From Euprymna scolopes (Eukaryota), in NCBI GenBank assembly GCA_053919585.1, contig CM132786.1: DNA of 64,000 nt; one strand, given 5' to 3'. Shown here one piece after another: positions 63,244 through 64,000 of this stretch; position 1 is the stretch's first letter; every line of letters starts with the position of its first letter. Below the pieces are notes generated by a model, which saw nothing but the letters and a program-made list of their open reading frames with translations, ran no database searches and was not told where the DNA came from. The translations under genes were made by a program, and so were the position numbers.

Positions 63244-63690
63244 TGTTTTGTGGTATTTCCAAACTATGGAATTCCCAAATGGTATCCATCTTTTCCATAT
63301 ACAAATAGTAGGGGATATTGAAGGCTGTCATAAGATCTGTGTTTCACATACACGTTTCAGTGAATTATTACCAAAACATTCATCAGTCATAATAAGTGCT
63401 ACCTCGTTACATGTATGTAAATTGAATCGCCTAACATGCTCATCGAATGTTTTTTTTATCTACTCGAAATACTGTTAATGAATTTTCTTGATGTCTGCTT
63501 TAAAACTTCGTAAATATGCATTGTTTGCATGTAGCATTTCTTGTAGATTTCTGATTACAATTCTTCTTATTCCTTGGTAAAAGTTGCACATAGGCTTCTT
63601 TATGTTCTTGCCCTGCCCTGCAATAAAATATGTTTGTAAGTATTGAGAATCCTCATCTTGTAATGGTAGATAGAATTTAGGCGCAATTAA
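63244..63690 (-). pseudogene. Helitron RepHel relic, upstream part
   Basis: LPLQDEDSQYLQTYF...LQEMLHANN...EHVRRFNLHTCNEVA...LKRVCET/SYDSLQYPLLFVYGKDGYH. In Helitron proteins this directly precedes the segment at 58540-59012. Confidence 0.85.
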
Positions 63691-64000
63691 GTTGTTGGTC
63701 GCAGGAAACGTGTTAGTTAGTTAGGGGTGATATTTCTAAATCCTCGTCGAAGTTTCAAGAATCCAAGCAAGGAAATCCGAGTGAATCCGTATGAGAGAAA
63801 AAAAGGTATATCTTAAACTTCTGAAGCCAACCACAAAGATTTAAGTATATGAGCTTTGGTATGTCCCGTATGAGATAGTTATAGAATAAAAAAAACAAAA
63901 ACAAAGCCATACTTGATAAGACTAACAATGCGGAAAGAGAGATCAGAACACTTTTGAGACGAAGGAAGTCGTCCATTTCGAGAAAGGTGAAAACCTCTAG

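Overview
AT-rich eukaryotic (invertebrate-like) genomic DNA, mostly transposable-element relics and tandem repeats. No intact host gene is certain. Main elements: a young, 5'-truncated CR1/Jockey-group LINE (4015-6420) nested in a non-autonomous Helitron; nine non-autonomous Helitron copies or fragments (5' TC where preserved, 3' hairpin-CTAG), three of which carry tRNA-like Pol III boxes; a Helitron Rep relic split by a ~4.2 kb R4/NeSL-type retrotransposon; a decayed BEL/Pao element with a solo LTR inserted in gag; Copia, Gypsy, hAT and Penelope relics; a 5S rRNA-derived segment; a pogo-like MITE; and 19-, 24-, 115-, 27- and 17-bp tandem arrays. Reading outside the ORF track suggests two hidden host-gene relics on the + strand: a multi-exon decayed cadherin gene (~45.4-52.2 kb) and a small Cys-rich, possibly Ly6/three-finger-like gene (~9.1-13.1 kb). 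I cannot claim a clearly new biological system. The best leads are the cadherin relic, the tRNA-bearing Helitrons and the palindromic hammerhead-bearing element. All calls were made by eye, without database searches.
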